A program made the translations under genes and the position numbers. The notes under the pieces are model-generated. The model saw only the letters and a program-made list of their open reading frames with translations, did not search any database and was not told the origin of the DNA. A stretch of 64,000 nt of DNA from an uncultured Gemmatimonadales bacterium (lineage in GTDB: Bacteria > Gemmatimonadota > Gemmatimonadetes > Gemmatimonadales > GWC2-71-9), in contig CAWCVB010000002.1 of NCBI GenBank assembly GCA_963798915.1, positions 480,001-544,000 on the forward strand. The letters are read 5' to 3'. This document shows, piece after piece, positions 48,970-60,521 of the stretch. Numbering within the stretch: the first letter of the stretch is position 1; each line of letters begins with the position of its first letter.

Positions 48970-50385
48970 ATGGTGACGGCAAGTGCCATCCCGCCCATTA
49001 TCCAGGGCGGGATGGGAATCGGCGTTTCCAGCTGGAAGCTGGCCCGCACCGTTTCGCGCGCAGGTCAGCTGGGCGTGGTCTCCGGCACGGCCATCGAGTC
49101 AGTGGTGGTTCGCCGGCTGCAGGATGGCGACGTGGGAGGCCACATGCGCCGGGCGCTCGCCCAGTTCCCCATGCCTGATATCGCGGCCGAGGCGTTGCGG
49201 CGCTTCTTTCTGCCGAAGGGCCGGGCGGCCGACGCACCCTACCGGATGCTTCCTGTGTACCGCCTCGGCGCCAGCAAGCTGCGGGAGCGGATGACGATGC
49301 TGGGGAGCTTCGCGGAAACGTGGCTCGCCAAGGAGGGACACGGCGGCCTGGTGGGCATCAATCTCCTCACCAAAATTCAGTTGCCCAATCTCGCCGCGAT
49401 CTATGGCGCCATGCTGGCAGGCGTGGACGTCGTCTTGATGGGAGCGGGGATCCCCCGCGAGATCCCGGCGGCGCTCGATGCCTTTGCCGCCGGCCGGCCT
49501 GCGTCATTGCGACTCGACATTGAAGATGCAGCCGACCGGCGGGAGGACGTGGTGCTCGACCCGGCCGACTACTGGGATGGGGCGCCGCCGCCTGTGGCAC
49601 GCCCGCTCTTTCTCGCCATCATCGCCAGCAACTCGCTCGCCACCATGCTGGCCAGGAAGGCCAGCGGCCGGGTGGATGGCTTTGTCATCGAGGGACCGAC
49701 GGCGGGCGGACATAATGCCCCGCCTCGCGGCGCGCCGACCTTCAATGACCGCGGCGAGCCCATCTACGGCCAGCGCGACGAGGTCGACCTGGAGAAAGTG
49801 CGTGAGCTGGGACTGCCCTTCTGGCTGGCGGGTGGGACGGGATCGCCGCTTGGGTTGAGGCGCGCGCTGGAGCAGGGCGCAGCCGGCATCCAGGTCGGGA
49901 CGCTGTTTGCCTACGCGGAGGAGTCGGGACTCACCGACGGCTATAAGCGCTCGGTGCTGGCACACGCGGCTGCTGGCGATGTGACCATCAGGACTGACCC
50001 CCGCGCTTCACCCACCGGCTACCCCTTCAAGCTGGTGAGTTGGCCGGAAGATCCCGCGCTGGGCGCAGAACCCCGCACGCGCGTGTGCGATATTGGCGGT
50101 CTGCGCGTGCCCTATGTGCGTCCTGACGGACGGCTGGGGTACCGATGCCCGGCGGAACCGGTGGACCAGTACGTGGCCAAGGGCGGGAAGGAAGAAGACA
50201 CCGTGGACCGGCGCTGCCTCTGCAACGCACTCATGGCGAACGTGGGTCACGGCCAGATGCGGAGTGATGGCCGCGAGGAGCCACCCCTGCTGACCAGCGG
50301 CGATGAGTTGGCGGTGATCGGTGACTTTCTTGCGGGGCGGACCAGCTATGGCGCTGAAGAGGTCATCAGCTACCTGCTGGGGTGA
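48970..50385 (+). CDS. Nitronate monooxygenase-family flavoprotein
   Basis: IIQGGMGIGVS, MGAGIP, EGPTAGGH, GIQVGT; C-terminal Cys cluster. Confidence 0.85.
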   Translation: MVTASAIPPIIQGGMGIGVSSWKLARTVSRAGQLGVVSGTAIESVVVRRLQDGDVGGHMRRALAQFPMPDIAAEALRRFFLPKGRAADAPYRMLPVYRLGASKLRERMTMLGSFAETWLAKEGHGGLVGINLLTKIQLPNLAAIYGAMLAGVDVVLMGAGIPREIPAALDAFAAGRPASLRLDIEDAADRREDVVLDPADYWDGAPPPVARPLFLAIIASNSLATMLARKASGRVDGFVIEGPTAGGHNAPPRGAPTFNDRGEPIYGQRDEVDLEKVRELGLPFWLAGGTGSPLGLRRALEQGAAGIQVGTLFAYAEESGLTDGYKRSVLAHAAAGDVTIRTDPRASPTGYPFKLVSWPEDPALGAEPRTRVCDIGGLRVPYVRPDGRLGYRCPAEPVDQYVAKGGKEEDTVDRRCLCNALMANVGHGQMRSDGREEPPLLTSGDELAVIGDFLAGRTSYGAEEVISYLLG

Positions 50386-50589
50386 AATGGCGTATTCGAA
50401 GATCCTCATGCAACTCCTGGAATAGCTCGATCCCGGTACGCTCCGCCCCCCTGCTGGAGAGTGTGACGAGGATCTCACGGCGGATTCACGCTCGGTTCAT
50501 TGCTGCCGGCGTATACTGTCTCCAGTTGCCGGGCACAGCTGCCTCGACCGGCATCCGCAGACCAAGCGATGGCAGGGAGGGTGGGAATC

Positions 50590-51261
50590 ATGAGAAGCGA
50601 TAAGGAGTTGCGCACCGACGTGATGGAGGAGCTGGAATGGGATCCAAGCATCCGTCATGAGGACATCGCCATTTCCGTCAAGGACGGCGTGGTGACGATC
50701 GCGGGCGTTGTGGACAGCTATGCCCAGCGCTTCGCGGCTGAGCGCGCGGTGACAAGTGTGAAGGGCGTGCAGGCCGTCGCCAATGAACTCAACGTGAAGG
50801 TCCCGGGAGCGTTTGAGCGCTCGGATGCCGAGTTGGCGCATGCGGCGGTCAATGCGCTGCGGTGGAGCATCCAGGTGCCGGACGACAAGATCCAGGTCAA
50901 GGTGGCCAATGGCTGGCTTACCCTCGATGGGACGGTGGATTACTACTTCCAGAAACAAGCCGCCGAGAAGGCCGTCCGCTACCTGGCCGGCGTGAAGGGC
51001 ATGAGCAACCTGATCGTGCTGCGGGCCACGCCGACTTCGGCCGACGTCAAGCAACTGATCCATGCCACGCTCAAGCGCCATGCCGAGCTTGATGCCGACC
51101 AGATCAAGGTCGAAACCAAGGGCGGGAAGGTGATCCTGAAGGGTAACGTGCGCTCCCTGGCTGAGCTGCGCTATGCCGAGCGCGCCGCATGGAACGCGCC
51201 CGGGGTCAGCAGCGTCGAGAACGACCTGACCGTGTCGCCATACGTGGCATCGGCCTTCTAG
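50590..51261 (+). CDS. Triple BON-domain protein (OsmY-like)
   Basis: Three V..G.V.L.G.V...AE......GV..V.N.L repeats. Confidence 0.92.
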   Translation: MRSDKELRTDVMEELEWDPSIRHEDIAISVKDGVVTIAGVVDSYAQRFAAERAVTSVKGVQAVANELNVKVPGAFERSDAELAHAAVNALRWSIQVPDDKIQVKVANGWLTLDGTVDYYFQKQAAEKAVRYLAGVKGMSNLIVLRATPTSADVKQLIHATLKRHAELDADQIKVETKGGKVILKGNVRSLAELRYAERAAWNAPGVSSVENDLTVSPYVASAF

Positions 51262-51280
51262 CTCCCACGCGACGTGCAGG

Positions 51281-51315
51281 GCCCCGGCGCACGAAGCATG
51301 GCGCCGGGGCTTTCT
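51281..51315 (+). terminator. Intrinsic terminator
   Basis: GCCCCGGCGC-loop-GCGCCGGGGC-TTTCT after the BON gene. Confidence 0.7.
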
Positions 51316-51749
51316 GTATCTGCGCCCGCCGGATCCTGCCGCAAAGGAGGACGCAACATCAGCGTGGATCTCGGCGTGCCACCACCTCGCTAAACCACGG
51401 CAGGCGCGATAATTTGACGATCTGACCGTCCCCAAGGTGCTTCCACGATGGTTCTGTCGCCCGACCAGCAAATCCTCGAGATCCTTGAAACCACCGGCAA
51501 TGGTACTGATGACCCGCGGACACTGGATGACATCCGCCGAGCCGGAGGGTTCCGTGCGCCGGGTCCTCCAGCTAAAATGGGTGCGGGGAGTTTTCTGCCC
51601 TATGTTCCACCTTTTGTGAAGGAGGTGATCCATTGTCTAGTGACAGTTGCATCGCATGCTCGAATTGGGCAAACGGTCGCCTGGCGACGCGCTAAGCACC
51701 AATCGGCAATGCGCCGTGGAGACGACGCGTTTCGAGATCGATGCCAACA

Positions 51750-51807
51750 GAAGGGGCCGTGTCGTAGGGGTAAAGCCATGGCTTTACCCCTACGACACGG
51801 CCCCTTC
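51750..51807. repeat. Perfect 58-bp palindrome containing a GTAG-type REP
   Basis: GAAGGGGCCGTGTCGTAGGGGTAAAGCCA|TGGCTTTACCCCTACGACACGGCCCCTTC. Confidence 0.9.
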
Positions 51808-52362
51808 CACTTGTGGGGCTGGCCGCTACGGCAATCCCGGCGTGGGCGCGCGGGGCGCCCGCTCCCGTGACGGTGCGGGGGCGGCGGAGATGGAAATGGG
51901 CGTCGGGACGATGCCTGTCCGAGTCAACATCCAAGGGCAGAGGGTACCGGTGCATCCCTGCTGCTCGATATAGCCGCCCATCTCGTCGACGCCATTGAAT
52001 GGCCCTTCGAAGGCAAGGTCCCCATCCTCCAGGCTGAGGCCTGCACGGGATCGGGATTGCCCGGATCGGTGCTATCGCCGCCGCAAGCGAGCGCCGCCGG
52101 CGATGACGGCGATCCTCGGAACCAGACGTAATGTGCGTAACAACGGAACTCTGCCATGCATGACGCATGCTCCTTGGTATCGGTGGTCTACACCGTACCT
52201 GCGTCATGCGGGTCAGAAATGCGACATGCGGGCCCGTGGAAGGGGAGCGCGCGCCAAGGTTGCAGCATGGGATGGAATGACCGGGGCAACGGTTGATGCG
52301 CAGTTCACGCCGCCAAGTAAGTTCTCGGACAGGTTCTGGATTTCGTGCGGAGGGGTGCGGGC

Positions 52363-53148
52363 GTGTCTCGGCGATTCGAGCCTTTGGCGGATGACAGACA
52401 GTCAATTCGGCTGCCGGGATATGACTACACGCGGGCAGGTGCGTACTTCGTAACCGTCTGCGTGGCGGCGAGGAAGCGTATCCTGGGCTCCATACGATGT
52501 GGTGTCATGAGGGTGAGCGAGGCGGGGCGGGCGGCGGAAGCGGCATGGTATGGGCTGCCGGCGCATTATCCCCACGTGCGTTTGGACGCGTTCGTGGTGA
52601 TGCCCAATCATGTGCACGGGATCGTAATGTTGGACGCGGGAATGGATCGGGACGTGGGAACCGTAGGGGCGGGTCGGTTCGGGGCATCGGGCGACGGTCG
52701 TGGCGAGGGACAGGCAGGGGCGGGTCGGTTCGGGGCATCGGGCGACGGTCGTGGCGCGGGACAGGTAGGGGCGGGTCGGTTCGGGGCATCGGGCGACGGT
52801 CGTGGCGCGGGACAGGTAGGGGCGGGTCGGTTCGGGGCATCGGGCGACGGTCGTGGCGCGGGACAGGTAGGGGCGGGTCTTAGACCCGCCCCTGCGGGTG
52901 CCCGGGCAACCATCCCAACGTCGGGCGGTGCCCCGTCGCCGCCACGACGTCACGCATTACCCGAAATCGTCCGCGCGTTCAAATCATTTTCCGCCCGCGC
53001 CATCAACATCCATCGCGGAACACCCGGTGCCCTGGTGTGGCAACGGAATTACTATGAGCGCATTGTGCGAGACGTACGCCACCTGAAACAGGTGCGGCGC
53101 TACATTCTGGAGAACCCAGCCGCCTGGGGCGACGACCACTTCCGCTGA
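52363..53148 (+). CDS. REP-associated tyrosine transposase (RAYT, HUH/Y1)
   Basis: SIRLPGYDY...YFVTVC, VVMPNHVHGI, FKSFSA, WQRNYYERIVR, YILENP. Confidence 0.9.
   Translation: MSRRFEPLADDRQSIRLPGYDYTRAGAYFVTVCVAARKRILGSIRCGVMRVSEAGRAAEAAWYGLPAHYPHVRLDAFVVMPNHVHGIVMLDAGMDRDVGTVGAGRFGASGDGRGEGQAGAGRFGASGDGRGAGQVGAGRFGASGDGRGAGQVGAGRFGASGDGRGAGQVGAGLRPAPAGARATIPTSGGAPSPPRRHALPEIVRAFKSFSARAINIHRGTPGALVWQRNYYERIVRDVRHLKQVRRYILENPAAWGDDHFR
52663..52895 (+). repeat. In-frame 51-bp tandem repeat x4 followed by a complete REP inside the RAYT gene
   Basis: Units start at 52663, 52714, 52765, 52816; REP GTAGGGGCGGGTCTTAGACCCGCCCCTGC at 52867-52895. Confidence 0.92.
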
Positions 53149-53271
53149 TCAGCGCAGGACGAGCTCCTGCTGGTGGCCTTCTCCATGAGCCGCCATCGGG
53201 GAAGTCCCAGCGGGCTGGCGACTTGGCCCCGTCTTTTCGCCGGTGGTCTCCGGGACTATTCTTCTCCCTCC

Positions 53272-53317
<46 letters not shown>

Positions 53318-53786
53318 GAGGCTAGCAGGCCTCTTTTGCAACCGGACGACTCGTTCTAAATCAGTGCCATAATTACCTGCACCAGAACGCCTTACGGTAG
53401 CGATCCGAAGAAACTCACCGATGCATCTCATGCGGCGTTCGCCTCGTGGTGATTCCCATATGCTTCCCATCAGCGATTCGCTGACCCCCAGGCTCACGGA
53501 AGCGGTGGTCTTCGATGTACCAGTGTGTACCAAGGCAGCTTGACGACGACGGTCATGTATGTATGAGGGCCATCTTGATCGGTCGAGCTATTAGGCCAAC
53601 TTGGCCTTCGCGCGCGCCGGTCGGCAGGTTCAATTCCCTGTAGGCAATGCAATCTGCAACAGGTTGGTCATGTACCTGAGGCTAGGTCGTTGCGAGAACA
53701 CCCCTTACACGCCGGCACGGTCCTTCCTAGTGCTTCGTCGAAGGTGGAGCGACTTTTTGCCCCTGAGTGGAAGAGGGAGAAATGCG

Positions 53787-54131
53787 ATGAAGCCGCGCTC
53801 TCGACTAGCCCTTGCTTGCTTGGCCATGCTGATCGCAGGATGCGCGACCGGAGGCGGGTTCCAAAACCTGATGAACTCATGGGTCGGAAATGACGTAAAG
53901 AATACCATCATGGCCTGGGGCGCCACAAGCGACGTGTTCACGCTGCCGAACGGCAATCGAATGTACACATGGCTCTACGTGGGCGGGACGCGGGTGACTG
54001 CGAACTACAACAGCTATCTGAACATGGTCACGGCCGGATCGGTGACCTACTGGTGCAAGACGTCCTTCACTGCGAATGGCGATGATCGGATCATTGCTTG
54101 GCAGGGGCGAAGCAACGCCTGCCGTGCTTGA
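53787..54131 (+). CDS. Small lipoprotein
   Basis: Lipobox IAGC; MNSWVG...WG...LPNG...YTW...C. Confidence 0.75.
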   Translation: MKPRSRLALACLAMLIAGCATGGGFQNLMNSWVGNDVKNTIMAWGATSDVFTLPNGNRMYTWLYVGGTRVTANYNSYLNMVTAGSVTYWCKTSFTANGDDRIIAWQGRSNACRA

Positions 54132-54260
54132 GGAGCTAGCATTGCGAGCGCGAGTGCCCGAACCGCGATCAGGGGGCTCACGGACAGCTGCCTTCGGTTG
54201 TTTCAGCGCTCGGACGGCGCCTAGGAATGGGGAGGGGCAGCGTCCTCCGGGGAGGCGCGT

Positions 54261-54731
54261 GTGAAGTTATGGAGCGTCGCACTGCTCTCTGCCGCCCTGA
54301 ACTCGGGGCTTCCGATTGCGAGAGGTCCAGGTTCCATCTCGAACGAATTGGATCTCAACGAGATCACGCTCTTCGACGCGAACGGGGCACCAGTGGCCTA
54401 CATCGCACCGGACGAAGAGTTGGCGATCTATCTTTGGAATGGAAAGCGGGTGGCCTACCTGGAACATGATGGTGACGCCTTCTCCATCTATGGGTTCAAA
54501 GGCAAGCATCTCGGCTGGTTCGACGAGGGAGTTGTACGCGATAACGAAGGGGATGCAGTCGGATTGATAGAGGGCGCTGTCAACAAGACGACTGAGCTCG
54601 AGCGATTGAAGGCGTTCAAGCAATTTCAGCCTTTTCGTGCGTTCACGCAGTTCGCTCGAATCGGGCTCATTGATTCGAACCGGTGGTCACGGATGCCGCT
54701 AGAGCTCTTCCTAGCCGCCGGGCGCAACTGA
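54261..54731 (+). CDS. Four-fold beta-flower-like repeat protein
   Basis: Four repeats of the type (L/I)(F/Y)..nG..(V/L)(A/G)(Y/W). Confidence 0.7.
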   Translation: MKLWSVALLSAALNSGLPIARGPGSISNELDLNEITLFDANGAPVAYIAPDEELAIYLWNGKRVAYLEHDGDAFSIYGFKGKHLGWFDEGVVRDNEGDAVGLIEGAVNKTTELERLKAFKQFQPFRAFTQFARIGLIDSNRWSRMPLELFLAAGRN

Positions 54732-55224
54732 ATGTCGATAAGTCGTTTTGCTTGTTGCCACTTGGATCTCGTTGGCGGCTCTGGCGGAACTGTGCCGGTT
54801 CCTGGTGACCTCGATCGACCGCTTCCGATCTGCTTCCGAAGCACCTCTCTGCTGCGATAGCGCCGAAGACCGAGAAAGGCGACACATACGAAGGCGCCAA
54901 GCGCTTGTTCACGCGAGTCTTCTCGCGTATGCCTGCGTGATCGGGTGCCGAGTGTCGGAGAGTCGTTGCTCTGCGTTGTTCTTCACCGGTGACGTGAAGT
55001 GGTATTCGCTGCGAACGTGCTGTCTGTCGCGCTCGAGTCGATCTAAGCGTTCAGATCTCCCAGTATGCGTCTTGCACATACAGTTCACGTACGCCGCCTC
55101 ACCGGTCTCTTTTTGCCTTGACTACGGTGTGATTCTGAGCGGTGGCTGGTGGTAGCATTTGACGCCCGGGGCGCCTTTGTGTTGTTGCGACTGCTTTGGC
55201 TGGCTTATTATCGAATCTCCTGTG

Positions 55225-58200
55225 CTAACTGGCGACGTTGCGTCCTTGTCGCGGGATACGAATCTGGAAGGGGGCAATAGAGGATTGCGACGCGCACCTT
55301 GCGCGCCGCGGAAGTGAGTTGCGCTGCTTGAGACTCGAATCGAACTCGGACCTAGTGTATAGGGCCATGCCGTCGACTATACGTGTGTCGATAATTGATG
55401 GGGTATCAAGCGGAGCAGGTGAAATAGACGATGAGGCACATTCCATGCGTATACCGAGTGGGTCGAGGAAGTGTGCGACAAGTGGGTGCTTCATGGCAGA
55501 GTCCAGCTCGCGATTCCATGACTCCTTCACCTCGACGATCGCGCGGATCCGAGATGCGGTGTCGTGCGCGCCTCGATCGGCAGTGGCCTGCATGTCAAGG
55601 TCGGTCCGATCCCCATCAACGGCTCTTGCCACTCTGGACTGCACAACCAGTTCCTCAATCATCACATTCCGTTGCGTGAGGTCTCGACGGAGATGACGGG
55701 CAACATGATTGGAGAGCGCTTCTTCGTCCTGAGGCCGTTGCCGTTGCCTGCCACACCACGCTCTCAGAGTAGGTCTATCTCTCGCAGCTCACTCTGGAGC
55801 TCGCGCTTTAGCCGCTGAAGACTCTCGGCAATCACCTCTAGCAGCTGTTGACTCGACTCTACTTGACGCGCTTTTGGTCGCTCAGCGAGTGTGAGGAGAA
55901 TTCTCGGTGACGTCTCACGTCAATGATCACTCACTAGTGTCGCTGAGGTTATCAGATAGTAATGCATGAGTTACTCGCGCTTTGGGCTGGTCACGGCTAT
56001 CTGTCGCAGGTACTCTACGCCGCCGGCGTTCGTCGCTCGACAAGCGCATTGAAGGCATTGCTTTGTCAGTGCTCAGCCTCATCTCGAGGGCTCGGTGAGT
56101 AGACACTTACGTGTCAGGGGTCGCTCTCAGGCGGGAAGTGCTCGATAAGAAGGCTCACTAACTCCGCAAGCGTTGTCTCGGGAAGGGGCGCTAGCTGAGT
56201 ATTAGCTCGCTCAAGGAAATGGTGCTTTCACGCTCGGCGACTCGGAGGAGGACGTCGTGCGCGAACGCTGGCTGATCTTGCAGGAGTGAGCTGATGCGTG
56301 GCTAGCTGAGATCCGCGGCTTGAGCAATCAGGACGGCAGTCGCTGCGACTGCAAGCTCGCGGGCGGGTTGTCTCTCGCCTATCCTGCAACAGGAGAAAGA
56401 CACTTTCGCGGCGAGTTCTGCGGCACGGTTGTCGCTCGCCTCGATGAAAGGCTTCACTAAGTTGACAAAGACATAGGGCGGACAGAACGGCGCTGCAGCA
56501 GCAAAGAGGATCTTGTCAACGATGTCGGATAGGCTCGAGGACTTCACAAGGAGTGATTCGCTCAGGTCTCGGAACGGATCGCTTGTCTCGTGGTTGATCG
56601 CCTGTGCAACAAGTTCTTCGACCAAAGCGGTGACATTTTGCGGCGCATGCATGCTCACCACTCGGACGAGTGTCTCGTGTCGCTCTTTCTCGTCTGAGTC
56701 TTTGTAGTCACGTCGCTTCACTATCACTTGGGCTCACGCTGCTCATAGTGCCGAGGAAACCAGATCTGTTTGTTTGGACGCAAACAGGAGCTGCGCCGCG
56801 CTATATCTCTATGCGGCGCTGAACGTCGTCGACTGATCGGGATACGGATCGGCTGGGGGAGCGCAGTCGTTCAAGAACGCCGCTGTCAGGGTGAAGGACT
56901 CGCTCTGGATTGTGGCACTACACTCCTCCCAGAGCGGGGTTGGGTTGGATCGTCATAATGTGACGAGCCGCTCGCTGCATCAGAAGGACTAAAGAGTTCT
57001 ACTCAGACTTGAGGTCACTTTTGCTCAGAGGTCATTGGAGTTGGGTCGGTAAGAGCGTTCTGTACTTGAGAAGCTGAAGGTGACGGCGGGCGGCTCGCTT
57101 CGCTGTGGTCTCTTGTCGTTGTTGTCTGCGTTTCTCTTCGGTCTGCTTAATCGCACGAGCTTGCAGCACGTGGTACACAAAGGCACGGCGTCGCTAAGGC
57201 GCTGGGTTACGTTCGCGAGTTCTTTGAGCAACTGTCGGACATCGGGGTCGGTCAGATGCGCTATCGCTACCTTTGTCTGCTCCAGATCACTCGGATCAAA
57301 GTGCCTCTGAAGCAGGCTGCGCTAAGCGTTGCGGCTTGGGTGCTCAGGCGGGAGACTCGACAGCTGTTTCAGCGCTTATGGCAGGTCACTCAACAGGAAT
57401 AGCGGCTGGTTATGGTATGCGATATAGAACGCTAGCTTGTCGCTTTCTCTTCGCCGGAGCTTATGAGGGTCTGGATCAGTGTTTGTCGTGCTTTTGGCTC
57501 ACTGGACAGGGCGTCGCGGAAACAGTGTGGCTCGTAGTCAGCTGTACCGGGGACGGAGTCGTAGTGTTTCGCGACTTGATTCAGAAAGGTGGTGATCTCT
57601 TGCACCGCGGTCGGATCGCTGTTTGAGCGCGTGACCTCTATAAGCGCTTGAGTGAGCAACAAGTTCGCTAGACGAGATTCGCTGGGTGTGTTACCGCCGC
57701 GACGGCGCCTCACTCACTGCAGGTCGGGGAGGAGATAGCTTTTCTTCAGCCTATCACTGTTCAGTGTCTCGGTAATGCGGTTCAGTGCGACGCTATATGC
57801 GCTCGACAGGTTCGGGCGCTTGGGTCGAGTCAGGTGCTCGAAGAGCATCGCAGGCGAAAGGGTCGGTTAACACGCGCTAAGCGCGGAGCTCTTGAGATCG
57901 TCGTCTTCGTTCTTCACTGGGGGTGAGACGAAGAGCGGGGTCAGAGCGCGACGGTCTGTCTCGGCGCTAGCGGCTCGAACGAGGTCGCTGCACTGGATCG
58001 CAGGGGGCGAGGGTTGGAGTCGGTTAGGGCGACTCGCACGGCTAGAGCAGCTAGTGCGGTCACTTTGTTTCACGTAGCGATCTCTAACGCTAGCTCTCGC
58101 GTTGGGTCGGAGGGTCTTCGTTCTCGATAACGGGGGTTAATTGTGCAGCGATTTTGGATGCTTGAGCTGTTCGTACGGGCGATGGGAATCGAAGCTGCGC

Positions 58201-59480
58201 ATCGGTAGTGTGTTGCGCTGCGAAGCCTCGAGGAGTGCAGTGGTCAGCGCGGCTCGGCGAGCGTCGCTCATGCGGACGACGTCGTTGAGCATGGCCTCGG
58301 GATCGCGCTCTACTCACAGTTGAAGAACTCGGAGTTGAGAGACGCCACTCAAGCCCGGTCTGTCGCAGCTGAGGGACGATTGGCTCAGCGGATCGCCGGG
58401 TCGCTGAAGAGGTCGGTCAATTGTTGAGCTTGAAGGATCGTGCATGTAGCTACGCGCGGCTAAATACTCCGCGAAGGTGGCGTGTGCGGCTGTTAAGCGC
58501 TTCGCACTCTGCTCGGTGAACAGTGCTGTGTTCAGCGCCTCGAAGGACCTGCGCTCGTTTAAGTCGAAAGTTCGGCACTGGATTGTTCAGTGCCGGCAAT
58601 TTCACTCAGGAGCAACGCAATCTGGCTCGACTGCGGGGCGTCGAGACATCGACAACGCGGCGATTGCTAAGCAAAAGGAGGGCGAAGATGCGCTTCGCTG
58701 CAGCTATGCGCTGGCTCGTGCTCAGCAGCAGCGGGCGACGCTCGGAGCCTGGGCGCGCACGCATCATGTCTGTCTGGCAGGACTCGGTGGTCAACAACTC
58801 AAAGAGCTCTGTCTGCGGAAGGGCAAGGGTCATTTCGTCGAGGAAACGTGTGTTAAAGAGCGAAGTGTGATCGGTTGGGCCGCGAATGCGCCGATGCCGG
58901 CGCAGTTCACTGCAGTCATGAACTGCTCAACTTTCTTCTGCACTGGACTCGCTGCCTGAAGCTTCAACCGCTTCGACGCCTCGCGTTCGACATACTGTGC
59001 GACATTCTGACGGCGAAGCGGAAGAATCTCTAGTTGCGTGACTCTGGGGAACGCGTTATTACCAGCCTGATGCCACGCGTCGCTAAACACGGTTGTCAAC
59101 TGGTCGGCAAGTGGGGTGGCAGTACGGCTGTCGGCACTTCAAGCGAAGCCGGAGCCGCTCGGTCGGAAGTTTTGAAATCTTCTCTATGAGCCTGGCCGCG
59201 ATAAGGTGCAGAGCTACTGGAGACTCATCTAATCTGTTCAGAACGAGGTAAAGGCGTTCAGTGTCGCTCTGCCAGCGCGCCAGCTCGGTTGGGTCGAAAA
59301 TCGCACGCGCAAACCTGTCCAAAGTGTCGAAGAGCGAAACGTTTCTTCAATTAAGTAGTGTGGCGATTGTGTGGCGCTCGAACGAGATGACTCTATCAGC
59401 GCTTGAAGGTGTCGGCGTACATGCCGAGCGCGATGAACTTTCTCAGGTCGGGGTTTTGAGGGCCAGAACACATGGATGCG
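55225..59480 (-). pseudogene. Heavily degraded large STAND/NACHT-like NTPase with C-terminal PD-(D/E)xK-like domain
   Basis: Remnants of Walker A (59426-59452), Walker B LYLVLNRLDES, AAQPITL, HATFAEYLAAR, and C-terminal RTDL...IVEVK.SWN.EL..AM; many stops and frameshifts. Confidence 0.7.
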
Positions 59481-60210
59481 CGTCAGGATCGTTCAGTGAG
59501 CCAAGAGTGTGAATCGCGTCACTGGAGGGTGAGAGGGGGGATGGTTCTGTGAGGTAACTCTTGAACTCAGAGTATGTTCTGCTTGTTCCGTTCAATATCG
59601 AACTCACGGCAGCCGGCGATTGGCAGGATCACGCAAGCGGAGTATGCGATTGGGCATTGCAGTTCCGTTCGGGTTGTGAAGTCGGGACGTTCGTATCCTA
59701 TCCTCTATTCGTGTAAACGGCACTCTCAGCGCGACTTGGCTTGATCATGTCGCTTTCATACCCGACCGGCCGCCAACCTTGATCCGCGCTGGTCGCTCAG
59801 TTCCTTGAGCTGCCAGGCTCACCATCTTTGAGTGAACGCTCTCCACCAGAACCATTCGCGCTCGGCTGTGTGTTACTGCGGTTCAGCAGCGGGTCTCACT
59901 TGAGGCTCTTTGTGTAGTGTACGATGTAGTGAATTCTGGCTTTTGCGCTACTGAGATTCGAAGGCTGCTCGCCGAGGTCACTCTGCAGGAGCGTGGGGCG
60001 GTGTGGCAAAGTGTCATGCGCATCGAGGGTCCACGTCTCCAACAACAGCTCCATCGTGTCCAAGTCCCACCCACCCACCAGAGCAATAGCCAGGGCTATC
60101 TCAGGGGTCGTATCGTGGAAGAACGCCCAATCGTCGAGCTGTAGGCACGTAAGCTTACCCCGATTGGATACAGCGTAAGTTAGACTTTCTCGTGACCCCA
60201 AGGAGGGTTG

Positions 60211-60252
60211 ATGAGGAAGTCCAATTTCACCGAGTCCCAGATCGTGGCGCTT
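60211..60252 (+). pseudogene. IS3-family OrfA N-terminal remnant
   Basis: RBS AAGGAGG plus MRKSNFTESQIVAL. Confidence 0.6.
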
Positions 60253-60521
60253 CGACGTCATGCGGCGAACCCCGCTCCGCTACGTCGGGACGGTTCACGA
60301 TGCCGCACTGACGGAGATCTCGCAAGGCGCACGATCCGACACGTAGGCCCTCTGGGGGCGGAGAAAATGAAGTAACGGGATTCGGAAAGTTCTTGCAATA
60401 TCAGGGGGTGTCAGCGCGCGTGTTTGGCGTTTTGTTCGGCTTTTAGGCGGCGGCTCTCCACGCTACGTAGTGCGCGTCTTGGTCCAGCTCCGTTTGGTTT
60501 ACCATGAATTTCACCAGTAAT

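Noticed and set aside
51485..51515. Hammerhead ribozyme (GAAAC...CTGATGA)
   Set aside because: Only about 15 nt separate the motifs, too few for stems I and III.
52663..52895. Possible CRISPR array
   Set aside because: Units are contiguous and near-identical with no unique spacers, lie in frame within a gene, and no cas genes are present.
53624..53645. GGTTCAATTCCC as the missing T arm of tRNA-Cys (split or intron-containing tRNA)
   Set aside because: The stem does not pair properly and no CGGCGCC acceptor strand follows.
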